This document shows, piece by piece, positions 1 to 8,377 of a stretch of 63,194 nucleotides of DNA. Within the stretch, counting starts at the first letter, position 1. Each line of letters begins with the position of its first letter. The stretch comes from Candidatus Pacearchaeota archaeon. Lineage in GTDB: Archaea > Nanobdellota > Nanobdellia > Pacearchaeales > GW2011-AR1. The stretch spans positions 1 through 63,194 of the forward strand of contig JAGVWT010000001.1 in assembly GCA_018304175.1 (NCBI GenBank). Reading direction: 5' to 3'. A program made the translations under genes and the position numbers. A model generated the notes under the pieces. The model ran no database searches. It was not told where the DNA came from and worked only from the letters and a program-made list of their open reading frames with translations.

Positions 1-138
1 TATTAACATTCTTTTTCCTTGTTCTTGAAGTGCTCCATGAGTTTCAGACCAGTTTTTTCCATGAAGAATTTTTTGCTTTGCTACGAGAATTCCTGATGGA
101 AGTTTTATGTAATCTCTTTCTGAATTATTAGATATCAT
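1..138 (-). CDS. hypothetical protein, partial (runs off left edge)
   Basis: Not in ORF track. Open frame from ATG at 138 to the window edge (MISNNSERDYIKLPSGILVAKQKILHGKNWSETHGALQEQGKRMLI...), starting 8 nt after the S-layer gene stop on the same strand. Confidence 0.6.
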   Translation of the reverse strand, partial: MISNNSERDYIKLPSGILVAKQKILHGKNWSETHGALQEQGKRMLI

Positions 139-145
139 CTTAGAA

Positions 146-1828
146 TTACTTCCTCAAAACTCTTACAACAACGACTATTATTGCGATGACTAAGATTATG
201 TTTAAAAATCCAAGTCCCCACAAATATGCATTTCCGCTGTTAATTGAAAATCCTGTAAATGGGAAGCCTACTGACTTTGGCGAGATTGTTACTGAAACTG
301 GTTGAGTCAAAACAAAATCTCCGTTTGAAAGAACTTCAATGTTGAAATTTTGTTCGCCTGAAGCATCAGCTTTTACATCAAAGTTTATTCTAACATCTTG
401 TGAACTTCCTGCTGCAACTGTAACTGTTTGAGGAACAACACTTGCAGAATTTGCCCATGGTGTATATGCTGAAGGATTTAATACATAATTAGATGAAGCG
501 CTTCCGAGATTTGTTACTGTTACTTTAACTACAAGAATTTCTCCTGCGTTTCCGCCAGATTCCAAAGCCGCAGATACCAACACATCTTCTTCAGAAACTG
601 CAGCAGCGCAATTTCCTTCAACTTTTAAGAATGCTTCAAATGATTCTTCAGAAACTCTGTCATAGGAATCATCATCTTTGTCATAATCATAATAAACAGC
701 CATTTGCAAAGTATATGTTTTCTCAGTTGCGCTATCTGGAACTGGGAATGAAAAATCAGCCCTTGCTTTTTCTCCTTCATCCAAGTCTCCGTTAATTATT
801 TCTTCAATATTAATTCCAAGTTCATTGTTTAAGAGGACAACTTTTATCTGGTCTTCAAAGTCTCTGTCTCCAATGTTGTAAATATCTGCACTGAATGAAG
901 CTGTTGCGCCACAGAATGCTGTTATTGGATTTGGATAACTGTTCTCATCGATAACAACCATTTTGTCTCTATCGCTTTCTTTGTCAACTTTTATATCAGC
1001 GAAATATTCAGAATCTCCAAAACCCCCTAAATCACTTGAGTGGTCAATGCACAAGTCTGATTCATCTCCATCAGGATATGCTTTTACAACCAAAATGTAA
1101 TCATCATCAGTAATTTCACTTGGGTTAACAATGAATTCAAAAAGGTAAAGTTCATCTTTTCCATCGTCGATGTCTCCAACTTCAACTTCTTCATTGTCTT
1201 TGCTTATCCAATTCATTTCGTCAATTATGTTTGAAGTTGAATCTTTTTTGAATAATCCTAATTCAAATATTACATTGTCCAAATCAATTCCTTTGTCGTT
1301 TTCAAGTTCAACTTCTACTTCTATTCTATCAAGAGCAAGCCAAGTGTCGTCGTCTCCTTCACCTGCATTAGTTATATCTACTTTCAAAACTAAACCAGAG
1401 TCATCAACACTTCCAGCAGAACAGAAAGAATTTATGAAAACAAGGTTCAAATCTTCACTGTTGCTTGAATTTCCTGTTTCAGATATTGTGTATAATTTTG
1501 TGAATTCTCCAACAGGGAAATTTGAAGGAACAGAAGTTGTTGCTGTTATTGCTGAAGAAGTAGCGCCTGCAGCAAGGTTTGATATGCTACTTGGGTTAAA
1601 GGAAACTGAAACTGAATTGCTTCCAGAAGTTATTGTTGTTGAACTCAAAGATAATGATAAAGTGTCTGTTGGATGGTCGTTTTTTATTGTGAAGTTTTCT
1701 GAGCTGTCTCCTTTTGAAAATGTTAAGGTTGTTGGACTAAGTGAGAAAGTGCCTGCGCTTGCGAATCCTATCATCAATGCAAGCATCAAAATTCCGACGC
1801 TGAAAATACTAAGGATTTTTGAATTCAT
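146..1828 (-). CDS. putative S-layer / secreted cell-surface protein
   Basis: 560 aa; N-terminal signal peptide (MNSKILSIFSVGILMLALMIGFASA), Ser/Thr-rich and acidic beta-rich Ig-like body, many N-x-S/T sequons, C-terminal TM helix with basic tail (...VVVVRVLRK); TATA-like TTTATAAA about 30 nt upstream. Confidence 0.75.
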   Translation of the reverse strand: MNSKILSIFSVGILMLALMIGFASAGTFSLSPTTLTFSKGDSSENFTIKNDHPTDTLSLSLSSTTITSGSNSVSVSFNPSSISNLAAGATSSAITATTSVPSNFPVGEFTKLYTISETGNSSNSEDLNLVFINSFCSAGSVDDSGLVLKVDITNAGEGDDDTWLALDRIEVEVELENDKGIDLDNVIFELGLFKKDSTSNIIDEMNWISKDNEEVEVGDIDDGKDELYLFEFIVNPSEITDDDYILVVKAYPDGDESDLCIDHSSDLGGFGDSEYFADIKVDKESDRDKMVVIDENSYPNPITAFCGATASFSADIYNIGDRDFEDQIKVVLLNNELGINIEEIINGDLDEGEKARADFSFPVPDSATEKTYTLQMAVYYDYDKDDDSYDRVSEESFEAFLKVEGNCAAAVSEEDVLVSAALESGGNAGEILVVKVTVTNLGSASSNYVLNPSAYTPWANSASVVPQTVTVAAGSSQDVRINFDVKADASGEQNFNIEVLSNGDFVLTQPVSVTISPKSVGFPFTGFSINSGNAYLWGLGFLNIILVIAIIVVVVRVLRK

Positions 1829-2005
1829 TTTTTGTAATCATTCTTGAGTTACTATGGTTTATAAATATTTCTATTCTGGAGAATATATATTTAAGCCAAA
1901 ATCACGAAATGTTTAAATATAGTTTTCCCGTTTATAAAAAAGATGGTGATAAAATGGCTTTAAAATTCAAAGTAAATCAAAGATATACATTAAACTTTAA
2001 TTAAA

Positions 2006-2392
2006 ATGGTTTTAAAGTCTAAAGAAAATACAATCGCCGCTTGGACATTTTTAATTGGTGTTGTGTTAGCTGTTGTTATAGGCCTTTCAACAACTCTTCT
2101 GCCAATTCCAGTGTTAATAACATATAGCAAGCAGATTTATGCAATACTTGTGCTTTTGGGAATTGTTGTTGGATTTATGAACGTCGGTAGCAGAGACTCA
2201 CAGACATTTATGATTGCTGGGGCTGTTCTTGTAGTTGTGAGCAGGTTTGGAATTGATGGGGTTACGGGAAGCTTAATTGGGATTGGAGTTGGTGATGCAG
2301 TAAGGTCTGTCTTCGGAGCGCTTTTAGCATTGTTCGCGCCAGCGACGATAATTGTGGCGTTGAAAACTGTTTTCTCTATTGCGAAGATTTAG
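2006..2392 (+). CDS. hypothetical integral membrane protein (about 4 TM)
   Basis: 128 aa, four hydrophobic Gly-rich segments; divergent from the S-layer gene. Confidence 0.7.
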   Translation: MVLKSKENTIAAWTFLIGVVLAVVIGLSTTLLPIPVLITYSKQIYAILVLLGIVVGFMNVGSRDSQTFMIAGAVLVVVSRFGIDGVTGSLIGIGVGDAVRSVFGALLALFAPATIIVALKTVFSIAKI

Positions 2393-2401
2393 AAAAAAGA
2401 A

Positions 2402-2623
2402 TTAAGGAATTCTGTTAAAAAGATGCTCGTATAATAAATAAGCAAAACCAGTAACTGAAGAGGATTGATAAGTACTCCAAATAGCTTTCTGAAGTTTCGT
2501 CCCATTATTGAGAATTGTTGGCTTGCTTCCATTTGCATCATAACTGCTATAATATATTCCTAAAAATGGGATCCACTCTTTCCAATCAACTTTTTCAAGT
2601 TTTTGTTCTAAGTTATTTCCCAT
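2402..2623 (-). CDS. small hypothetical protein
   Basis: 73 aa ORF filling the gap between genes; TATA-like box upstream; no recognisable motif. Confidence 0.5.
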   Translation of the reverse strand: MGNNLEQKLEKVDWKEWIPFLGIYYSSYDANGSKPTILNNGTKLQKAIWSTYQSSSVTGFAYLLYEHLFNRIP

Positions 2624-2717
2624 TTTGTTACAATCAACCCTTGCTTTTTAAACTTTATGAATTAAAAAATAAAGTTGGGAATAGAGGCTACTTATTGATA
2701 CAAGAAAGCAATCTTAT

Positions 2718-2972
2718 TTAATTAATTTCTTTCAAAACCTTTTTTCCTTTCCTTGTAATCTTATAGTATCTAAAATGAGGCGATTCTGGATTCTTACATT
2801 TGGATAATCCTTGTTCCTGCAAATCTAAAAATATTCTGCTGATTACTTCTCTATGTTTTGTTAGTTTATGGGCTAGAAAAGAAGCTATCTGTGGTTTTTT
2901 ATTTAACTCTTTTAATACTTCTAATCTTAATTTACTCCTTGCAAAAAAGATTAAAATATCATCGCTAGCCAT
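2718..2972 (-). CDS. winged helix-turn-helix transcriptional regulator (ArsR/MarR-like)
   Basis: 84 aa; RSKLRLEVLKEL...ASFLAHKL...VISRIFLDL..GL..C...RYYKITRKG is a typical archaeal wHTH pattern. Confidence 0.7.
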   Translation of the reverse strand: MASDDILIFFARSKLRLEVLKELNKKPQIASFLAHKLTKHREVISRIFLDLQEQGLSKCKNPESPHFRYYKITRKGKKVLKEIN

Positions 2973-3073
2973 AAAAATATAGCGTAATTTTCAGAATATA
3001 AGGGAGGGTGATAATCAGCGTAATGTTTATAAAGCCTAAAATTATACGTCATTATAAAATTAATACAATAAAA

Positions 3074-3601
3074 ATGATCTTAACATTGGATATAATAAAT
3101 ATAGCACTAGGGATAGGCATACTCTTCTTAATACTTCTAATTATTGTAGTTGGAATATCTAATAGAAAAGTGATAATAGAAAAAAGAACATACCCTCAAA
3201 TAACAAATAAAGAAAATAGTTTAAATAAAGAAAGTATGACAAAAACTGTTATAATAATAGGAATATTATTTTTTGCTACATCTATAGTTTTTGGGCTTCT
3301 TTTTGCAAACTATTTGTTAAATAAGAATACAGAAGAAGTAAATTCTATTTATAATAAAATTGTTCAAAATAATCTTTTAATGAATAAATTAAGAAATGAT
3401 GTTATCAAGGCAACTAAAAATGAGAATGATGTTATCAAGGCAACTAAAAATGAGAATTTAGAAAATTTAGATTTTCTTTTGTTATTAGAAAAACAATTAG
3501 AAATACTTGCTAAAGAAAATGAAGATTTAGAAGATGAAATGCGGGAATTAAGAAGAGAAATAAGAAATTTTATTGCAATATTTCCAGTGAATACATATTA
3601 A
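3074..3601 (+). CDS. hypothetical membrane-anchored protein (2 TM + coiled coil)
   Basis: ORF track starts at GTG 3008; ATG 3074 preferred because a TATA box lies at 3026-3033. Two hydrophobic helices and a C-terminal heptad-like region (LEKQLEILAKENEDLEDEMRELRRE). Confidence 0.6.
   Translation: MILTLDIINIALGIGILFLILLIIVVGISNRKVIIEKRTYPQITNKENSLNKESMTKTVIIIGILFFATSIVFGLLFANYLLNKNTEEVNSIYNKIVQNNLLMNKLRNDVIKATKNENDVIKATKNENLENLDFLLLLEKQLEILAKENEDLEDEMRELRREIRNFIAIFPVNTY
3395..3454 (+). repeat. perfect 30-bp in-frame tandem duplication
   Basis: AATGATGTTATCAAGGCAACTAAAAATGAG occurs at 3395-3424 and 3425-3454 and encodes NDVIKATKNE twice. Confidence 0.95.
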
Positions 3602-3602
3602 A

Positions 3603-4754
3603 ATGAATTCTGTTTTTGTAGTATATTTAGCAATTTATACTATTTTTGCTTTTGGATATATCTGGTATAGATATATTTTCTTATTAATTTTGAAAGAAAG
3701 ATATTTTCCATTTTGTACACACAAAAAAGTTACTGTGATTGTTCCTTTTTATAATGAAAAGCCACTATTAATAGAAAGAACAGTAAGGAAGATAAATGAA
3801 TGTTATGGAAAAAAACAGATTATTGTTATTGATGATGGTTCAAAAAGTAAAGAAAGTTATAATCAACTCAAAAAATTAAAGGAGGAAATTTCTTTTGAAT
3901 TAATAAGATACGACAAAAATAAAGGGAAAAGATATGCTCAATCCATTGGAGTTAAAAAGGCTGAAGGAGATATAATCATTACAGTTGATTCAGATACTAT
4001 TTTAGATAAACTTGCTATAATTAATCTTATTAAACCATTTTCTGACAAAAAAATTGGTGCTACAACTGGACAAGTAAGAGTGTTAAATAGAAATGAAAAT
4101 TTATTGACAAAAATGCAATCTGCAAGATATTTTAATGCATTTAATTTTGAAAGAAATAGTCAATCTAAATTTAGTGCTTTGACTTGTCTATCAGGACCAA
4201 TATCTGCATATAGAAAAGAAATATTATTAAAAATTATGGATGATTATACAACGCAGACTTTTTTAGGTATAAAATGTACTTATGGTGATGATAGGCACTT
4301 AACAACTCTTATTCTGAAAAATGGATTTAAAGTGTACTATGTAAAAGATGCTATTGCTTATACAGAAGTACCTAATAGTTTTAAAAAATTAATATCACAA
4401 CAAATAAGGTGGAAAAAATCATTTTTAAGAGAAAATTATTTAGTTAGTAAATTTATGTTTAAAAGAAGTAAAGCACTTTCCTTTGAGATATTTATTACTA
4501 CTTTCATAATATTTTTTAGTCTTTTTGCCAGAGTATTTTTAGTAATTTCTTTGTTTGTAGTTCCATTTTTCTTCTTATTAATTATTCCAATGATTTTGTT
4601 TATGTCTACTTTACATTCTTTGTATATTTTGTTTTATAAACCAAATGATTTTTTTTATAGTATTTTGTATTCTTTTCTGCATGTATTTGTCATTTATTGG
4701 TTGATTTTTATAGCTTTATTTACTTTAAAAGATAATAGATGGGGAACGAGGTAA
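3603..4754 (+). CDS. processive GT2 glycosyltransferase, class I hyaluronan synthase / NodC-like
   Basis: DDGS, NKGKRYAQ, TVDSDT, SGPISAYR, QTFLGIKCTYGDDRHLT and QQIRWKKSFLRE motifs; N- and C-terminal TM helices. Confidence 0.85.
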   Translation: MNSVFVVYLAIYTIFAFGYIWYRYIFLLILKERYFPFCTHKKVTVIVPFYNEKPLLIERTVRKINECYGKKQIIVIDDGSKSKESYNQLKKLKEEISFELIRYDKNKGKRYAQSIGVKKAEGDIIITVDSDTILDKLAIINLIKPFSDKKIGATTGQVRVLNRNENLLTKMQSARYFNAFNFERNSQSKFSALTCLSGPISAYRKEILLKIMDDYTTQTFLGIKCTYGDDRHLTTLILKNGFKVYYVKDAIAYTEVPNSFKKLISQQIRWKKSFLRENYLVSKFMFKRSKALSFEIFITTFIIFFSLFARVFLVISLFVVPFFFLLIIPMILFMSTLHSLYILFYKPNDFFYSILYSFLHVFVIYWLIFIALFTLKDNRWGTR

Positions 4755-4789
4755 ATAAGATTCTTTAAACAAAACTCAGCTAAGAAACA

Positions 4790-5173
4790 CTAATACAAAA
4801 GGTCTCTTTTTTCTTTTTTTTGTTCTGCTTCTTTGTGGATTTTTGCAAAAGAAGGCGTTGCAATTACTAAGTTTTCACCGAAGCCTGCAATTGTTCCTTC
4901 CATAGCTTCAATTGTCTTTTTGACTTTTGATATTGCTCTCTTAAGCTCTATTGAATCTTTTTGCTTTAGTGTTTTAATATCTATGATAGCGATTGTGTAT
5001 CCTTCTCTCAATGAGTTAAGAATTTGGTTAACATCATCGTAATGTGTCATAACAAAAAGCTTCACAATTACTTTTTTGTCTTTTTTTTCCTGTCCAACGT
5101 CAATTTCTAGATAGTCTTCCCCCATGTCATCAGACCTATCTGAAAAGGCTCTTTTTATTTTTTCAAAAACCAT
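4790..5173 (-). CDS. sepF: cell division protein SepF
   Basis: 127 aa; ILNSLREGYTIAIIDI...ELKRAISKVKK...GTIAG...VIATP is the SepF fold with an N-terminal amphipathic helix. Confidence 0.85.
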   Translation of the reverse strand: MVFEKIKRAFSDRSDDMGEDYLEIDVGQEKKDKKVIVKLFVMTHYDDVNQILNSLREGYTIAIIDIKTLKQKDSIELKRAISKVKKTIEAMEGTIAGFGENLVIATPSFAKIHKEAEQKKEKRDLLY

Positions 5174-5220
5174 ATATTATTGTATATGCAACTTATTTAT
5201 AAAGATTTCGTAACTTTTTG

Positions 5221-5535
5221 TTAATCTTTCATTGATTTCATTAAATCGTCTCTTAAAGCTTCGACTTTCTCTGAAACTACATCTTCCTGTTTTTCAATCG
5301 CCTTTATCCTCATGCTTAAGACCTCTCTCTTTTCAGACAGCTCTTTTTTTACAGAATTCTTGTCGGATTTTATCATTATGTTCCCAATAATCTTAAAAAC
5401 ATCGTCGGAGTTTTCTATTTCGCTTAATGCGCCCTCTGCTTCTGACAACTCCATCTGAAAAGACTGTTTTTGAAGAATCATATTGTGAAGTCTTTGCTCC
5501 ATAATTTGCATTTCCTGAATTTTTTCGTTGTTCAT
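5221..5535 (-). CDS. pfdB: prefoldin subunit beta
   Basis: 104 aa coiled coil with a central VFKIIGNIMIK hairpin. Confidence 0.9.
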   Translation of the reverse strand: MNNEKIQEMQIMEQRLHNMILQKQSFQMELSEAEGALSEIENSDDVFKIIGNIMIKSDKNSVKKELSEKREVLSMRIKAIEKQEDVVSEKVEALRDDLMKSMKD

Positions 5536-5536
5536 T

Positions 5537-5893
5537 TTAAATTCCTAATTTAACAAATCTATTGTTTATTCTTTGATAATAATCTGAACTATGGCTTACT
5601 TTACTCCAACCCAAATAGTTAAAATCAAAAAATTTTTGCGGTAAATATATTTCCTCATTACGTGCTTTTAAATCATCCAGCAAACATTCCGCAATCATTA
5701 CATCTTCGCCATGTTTTATAGCAAATTTAAAACTGCGCCAAGGTGGTCCGCCAATCATTTTGGAATTCCCTAATTTGTATATTCCCACATAAGTTTTACC
5801 GGCGATATTTATTTTAATAACATCTCCTAAAACTAAATTTTCTAGATATTTTCTGCCTTTTACTTCTTCTAAATCAATTACTTGTTCGTTCAT
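5537..5893 (-). CDS. orphan ~120-aa protein (paralog family member A), inserted between rpoP and pfdB
   Basis: ATG at 5893 preferred over TTG 5908. Aligns by eye with 24832..25194 and, more weakly, 32656..33021. Confidence 0.7.
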   Translation of the reverse strand: MNEQVIDLEEVKGRKYLENLVLGDVIKINIAGKTYVGIYKLGNSKMIGGPPWRSFKFAIKHGEDVMIAECLLDDLKARNEEIYLPQKFFDFNYLGWSKVSHSSDYYQRINNRFVKLGI

Positions 5894-5904
5894 TCTTATT
5901 TTTA

Positions 5905-6042
5905 TCAAACCGCCTTTATTTTCTTAACCCTGGTTCTTGGTTTATAGAAAATCTTGCTTCCGCAAAAAGGGCAGACAAATCTTTTGTCAAGGTTTTCACT
6001 CTTGATTTTTTTCTCGCATTTAAAACATTTGTATGTAGCCAT
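5905..6042 (-). CDS. rpoP: DNA-directed RNA polymerase subunit P (Rpo12)
   Basis: Missed by ORF track. MATYKCFKCEKKIKSENLDKRFVCPFCGSKIFYKPRTRVKKIKAV: YxCxxC...CPxCG zinc ribbon, directly after eL43 as in the conserved archaeal operon. Confidence 0.92.
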   Translation of the reverse strand: MATYKCFKCEKKIKSENLDKRFVCPFCGSKIFYKPRTRVKKIKAV

Positions 6043-6059
6043 GGTAAAATTAAAATTTT

Positions 6060-6284
6060 TTACTTTAAATAATAAACGCTCGCGGCAAATTTTTTACTGC
6101 AGGTTTTTCTTGAGCATTTCCAGATTCCTTTTGAAATTCTCTTCGCTCCGACTTTTCCACAAAAAGGACATTTCTGTTTTTTTCTTTGAAACTGCTCTAC
6201 TGCAACTAAAGTCGCCTTAACAGTTTTTCCGTATCGAGCTCCAAAACGTCCTGCTGATTTTGTTTTTTTTGATTTTGATGGCAT
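6060..6284 (-). CDS. rpl37ae: 50S ribosomal protein L37ae (eL43)
   Basis: SAGRFGARYGK...CPFCGK..KRISKGIWKC zinc ribbon; C-terminal helix shortened. Confidence 0.93.
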   Translation of the reverse strand: MPSKSKKTKSAGRFGARYGKTVKATLVAVEQFQRKKQKCPFCGKVGAKRISKGIWKCSRKTCSKKFAASVYYLK

Positions 6285-6314
6285 TTTTATTTCAAAAATT
6301 TATTTTCAAATTTA

Positions 6315-6387
6315 TGGGGCTGCCCGGATTTGAACCGGGGTCGTCAGGTCCCAAACCTGAAAGGCTACCAGGCTACCCCACAGCCCC
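6315..6387 (-). tRNA. tRNA-Pro (TGG)
   Basis: GGGGCTG..TCAGG-TT-TGG-GA-CCTGA..CCCGG-TTCAAAT-CCGGG-CAGCCCC-A cloverleaf; CCA not encoded; TATA-like box at 6411-6420. Confidence 0.97.
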
Positions 6388-6424
6388 TCGAAATTAAAAG
6401 GACTGTGTAAATTTATAAAACATT

Positions 6425-7135
6425 CTATTTTTTCGCTTTCTCTGCTTTCTTCTCTACTTTCTTTTCTGTTTCCTTGATTTCTTCTTTTGGCGCTTCTTCC
6501 TTCTTGCCTTCTTCTGCCGTCGGTGTTGTCGCTACAGCAGATGCTGCCTCGGCTGCTGCTTTTGCAGCTTCTTCCTGCTTGATTAATGCTTCTTGTTTTG
6601 CCTTTAATTCAGAGAAGAACTTTTCAAGATTAGCCTTTTTTTCCTCAGGAGTTTCTGTTTTTTCCTGAGAAATTTCCTTATCATACTTACCTTCATCTAT
6701 TTCTTCTTCAATTTCTTTAGGTGATTTGTTCTCGATTAAAATTCCTAAACTTCCGCAAGTTCCAACAACCATTTTTACTGCCAGCTTCAAATTTTTTGCT
6801 AGCATGTCTGGATATTTAGTTTTCGCGACAGATATTATCTGTTCTATTGATGCGTTTGCTACTTGGGATTTTTTTTGTATTCCAGAACCTTTTTCAATTC
6901 CAAGTTCTTTTTTTAATAATCCTGAAACAGGAGGAGAAGAAACCTTAATCATTATTGCTTTTGTCGCTGTGTCTATTTCTATTTCAACAGGAACTTTCAT
7001 TCCTTTGAAATCTTTTGTCGCTTCGTTAACTTTCTGTATAACAACATTCATGTTTATTCCTGCAGGCCCTAACTTTTGACTTAGTGCAGGACCAGGAGTC
7101 AAGTTTCCACCTTCAGCAAGTAATTTAATTTGCAT
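6425..7135 (-). CDS. rpl11: 50S ribosomal protein uL11 with long Ala/Glu/Lys-rich C-terminal extension
   Basis: EGGNLTPGPALSQKLGPAGIN, KGMKVPV, GTCGSLGI core; 236 aa, longer than a typical archaeal uL11. Confidence 0.95.
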   Translation of the reverse strand: MQIKLLAEGGNLTPGPALSQKLGPAGINMNVVIQKVNEATKDFKGMKVPVEIEIDTATKAIMIKVSSPPVSGLLKKELGIEKGSGIQKKSQVANASIEQIISVAKTKYPDMLAKNLKLAVKMVVGTCGSLGILIENKSPKEIEEEIDEGKYDKEISQEKTETPEEKKANLEKFFSELKAKQEALIKQEEAAKAAAEAASAVATTPTAEEGKKEEAPKEEIKETEKKVEKKAEKAKK

Positions 7136-7164
7136 TTTTTTCTCCTAAAAATTTTTTTGATATT

Positions 7165-7620
7165 TTATTCATTTTCATCTTCTTCGTCTCTCCTTATGAC
7201 TTTTATGTTATCTATTTTTACCGTTACTGGAAATTGAACAACAGCACCAAGGAGGCTTACAACAACTTCTTCCTTCTGTTTATCAACTCTTAAAACTTTT
7301 GCTTTTTCTCCTTTAAAAGTTTGTCCTATCATCTCAACAATATCTCCTTCCTTAATTGTTATGTCAGCAACCTCTGGCTCAAACATGTTTTTTATTTCGG
7401 CATAATCAACATCCTTTCCAATAATTCCTTTTATGTATGGTAGATTGAAAACAGCTTCTTCTGCTGACTCGCGATCTTCTGCTTCCAAAACTAAATATCC
7501 CCTAAGTCCATGAGTTCTTGAAACAGAATAAACATTCAGGTTTTTTTTCCCTGCTCTTTCAGCTATTAAATCTAAAGCTCTTTCTTCTTTATTCGTCGTA
7601 ACCTTTATTATAAATATCAT
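7165..7620 (-). CDS. spt5: transcription elongation factor Spt5 (NusG family)
   Basis: NGN domain (LRGYLVLEA) plus KOW (IKEGDIVEMIGQTFKGEKAKV). Confidence 0.95.
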   Translation of the reverse strand: MIFIIKVTTNKEERALDLIAERAGKKNLNVYSVSRTHGLRGYLVLEAEDRESAEEAVFNLPYIKGIIGKDVDYAEIKNMFEPEVADITIKEGDIVEMIGQTFKGEKAKVLRVDKQKEEVVVSLLGAVVQFPVTVKIDNIKVIRRDEEDENE

Positions 7621-7682
7621 TTTGTATCCACTAGGTTTTAATAATATGAATATAAGTGAAAAAATCGTTTATAAGTCTTTGG

Positions 7683-7862
7683 TTACACAAAAAAACCCAT
7701 TAATATTGAAATTAAAAATCCAACAGAGCCAACAACGAGAATTCCAACTGCAGAGATTTTCGTCACTGCTAAAAATTCTTTCCTCGTCGGTTTTTTCAAA
7801 ATATGCCAAACCCTTACAGACTGATGATAAAATGATGTAAGTTTTTGTGTTGTTTGATTCAT
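7683..7862 (-). CDS. secE: protein translocase subunit SecE (Sec61-gamma)
   Basis: Missed by ORF track. MNQTTQKLTSFYHQSVRVWHILKKPTRKEFLAVTKISAVGILVVGSVGFLISILMGFFV; RVW..LKKP..EF motif plus one TM; conserved position upstream of spt5. Confidence 0.93.
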   Translation of the reverse strand: MNQTTQKLTSFYHQSVRVWHILKKPTRKEFLAVTKISAVGILVVGSVGFLISILMGFFV

Positions 7863-7896
7863 GTCTTAATTAAAAAAATAGAGTTTTTAAGTTTAT

Positions 7897-8376
7897 TTAC
7901 ACATCCATCCAAAATACATTTGTCCTAAATTTATAAATGAGTTTTTGAGGGTATGATTTCTTCCATTTATTATTACTACCAGCTTTTCTGTATTTTATTT
8001 GAAATTTAAAGTTAACAACATCTATCTTATTTTTAGTAACATAATTTTCAAGCTTGATTTGATTGCTATTTTTTAGTTCTTTTAAGTCTAAATTCCCTTG
8101 AACATTAGTAAAAGGTTGAATTATCCAAGGAAATTCGCCCCCATACTTTCCTTCCTTAAATTCAAAAATTTGACCATTAACTTTAGCCCATAATTTTCCA
8201 CATAATTCAACTTCCACTTTACTTTTGTTTATTAAATTTGATATTAGTTTGGAAGTATTTTGGACTTGACTAGAATAAAAAGAAACAAAGGGTTCGTAAA
8301 TGTCTTTAGCAATTAAATATGTACAATAAGCATAAAATACCAAGACAATAAAAGTCAATAAATCTAATAAAAACAT
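7897..8376 (-). CDS. hypothetical protein with N-terminal TM, inserted between ftsZ and secE
   Basis: ATG at 8376 (TAA-A-ATG junction with ftsZ) preferred over the ORF-track start 8400. Confidence 0.6.
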   Translation of the reverse strand: MFLLDLLTFIVLVFYAYCTYLIAKDIYEPFVSFYSSQVQNTSKLISNLINKSKVEVELCGKLWAKVNGQIFEFKEGKYGGEFPWIIQPFTNVQGNLDLKELKNSNQIKLENYVTKNKIDVVNFKFQIKYRKAGSNNKWKKSYPQKLIYKFRTNVFWMDV

Positions 8377-8377
8377 T

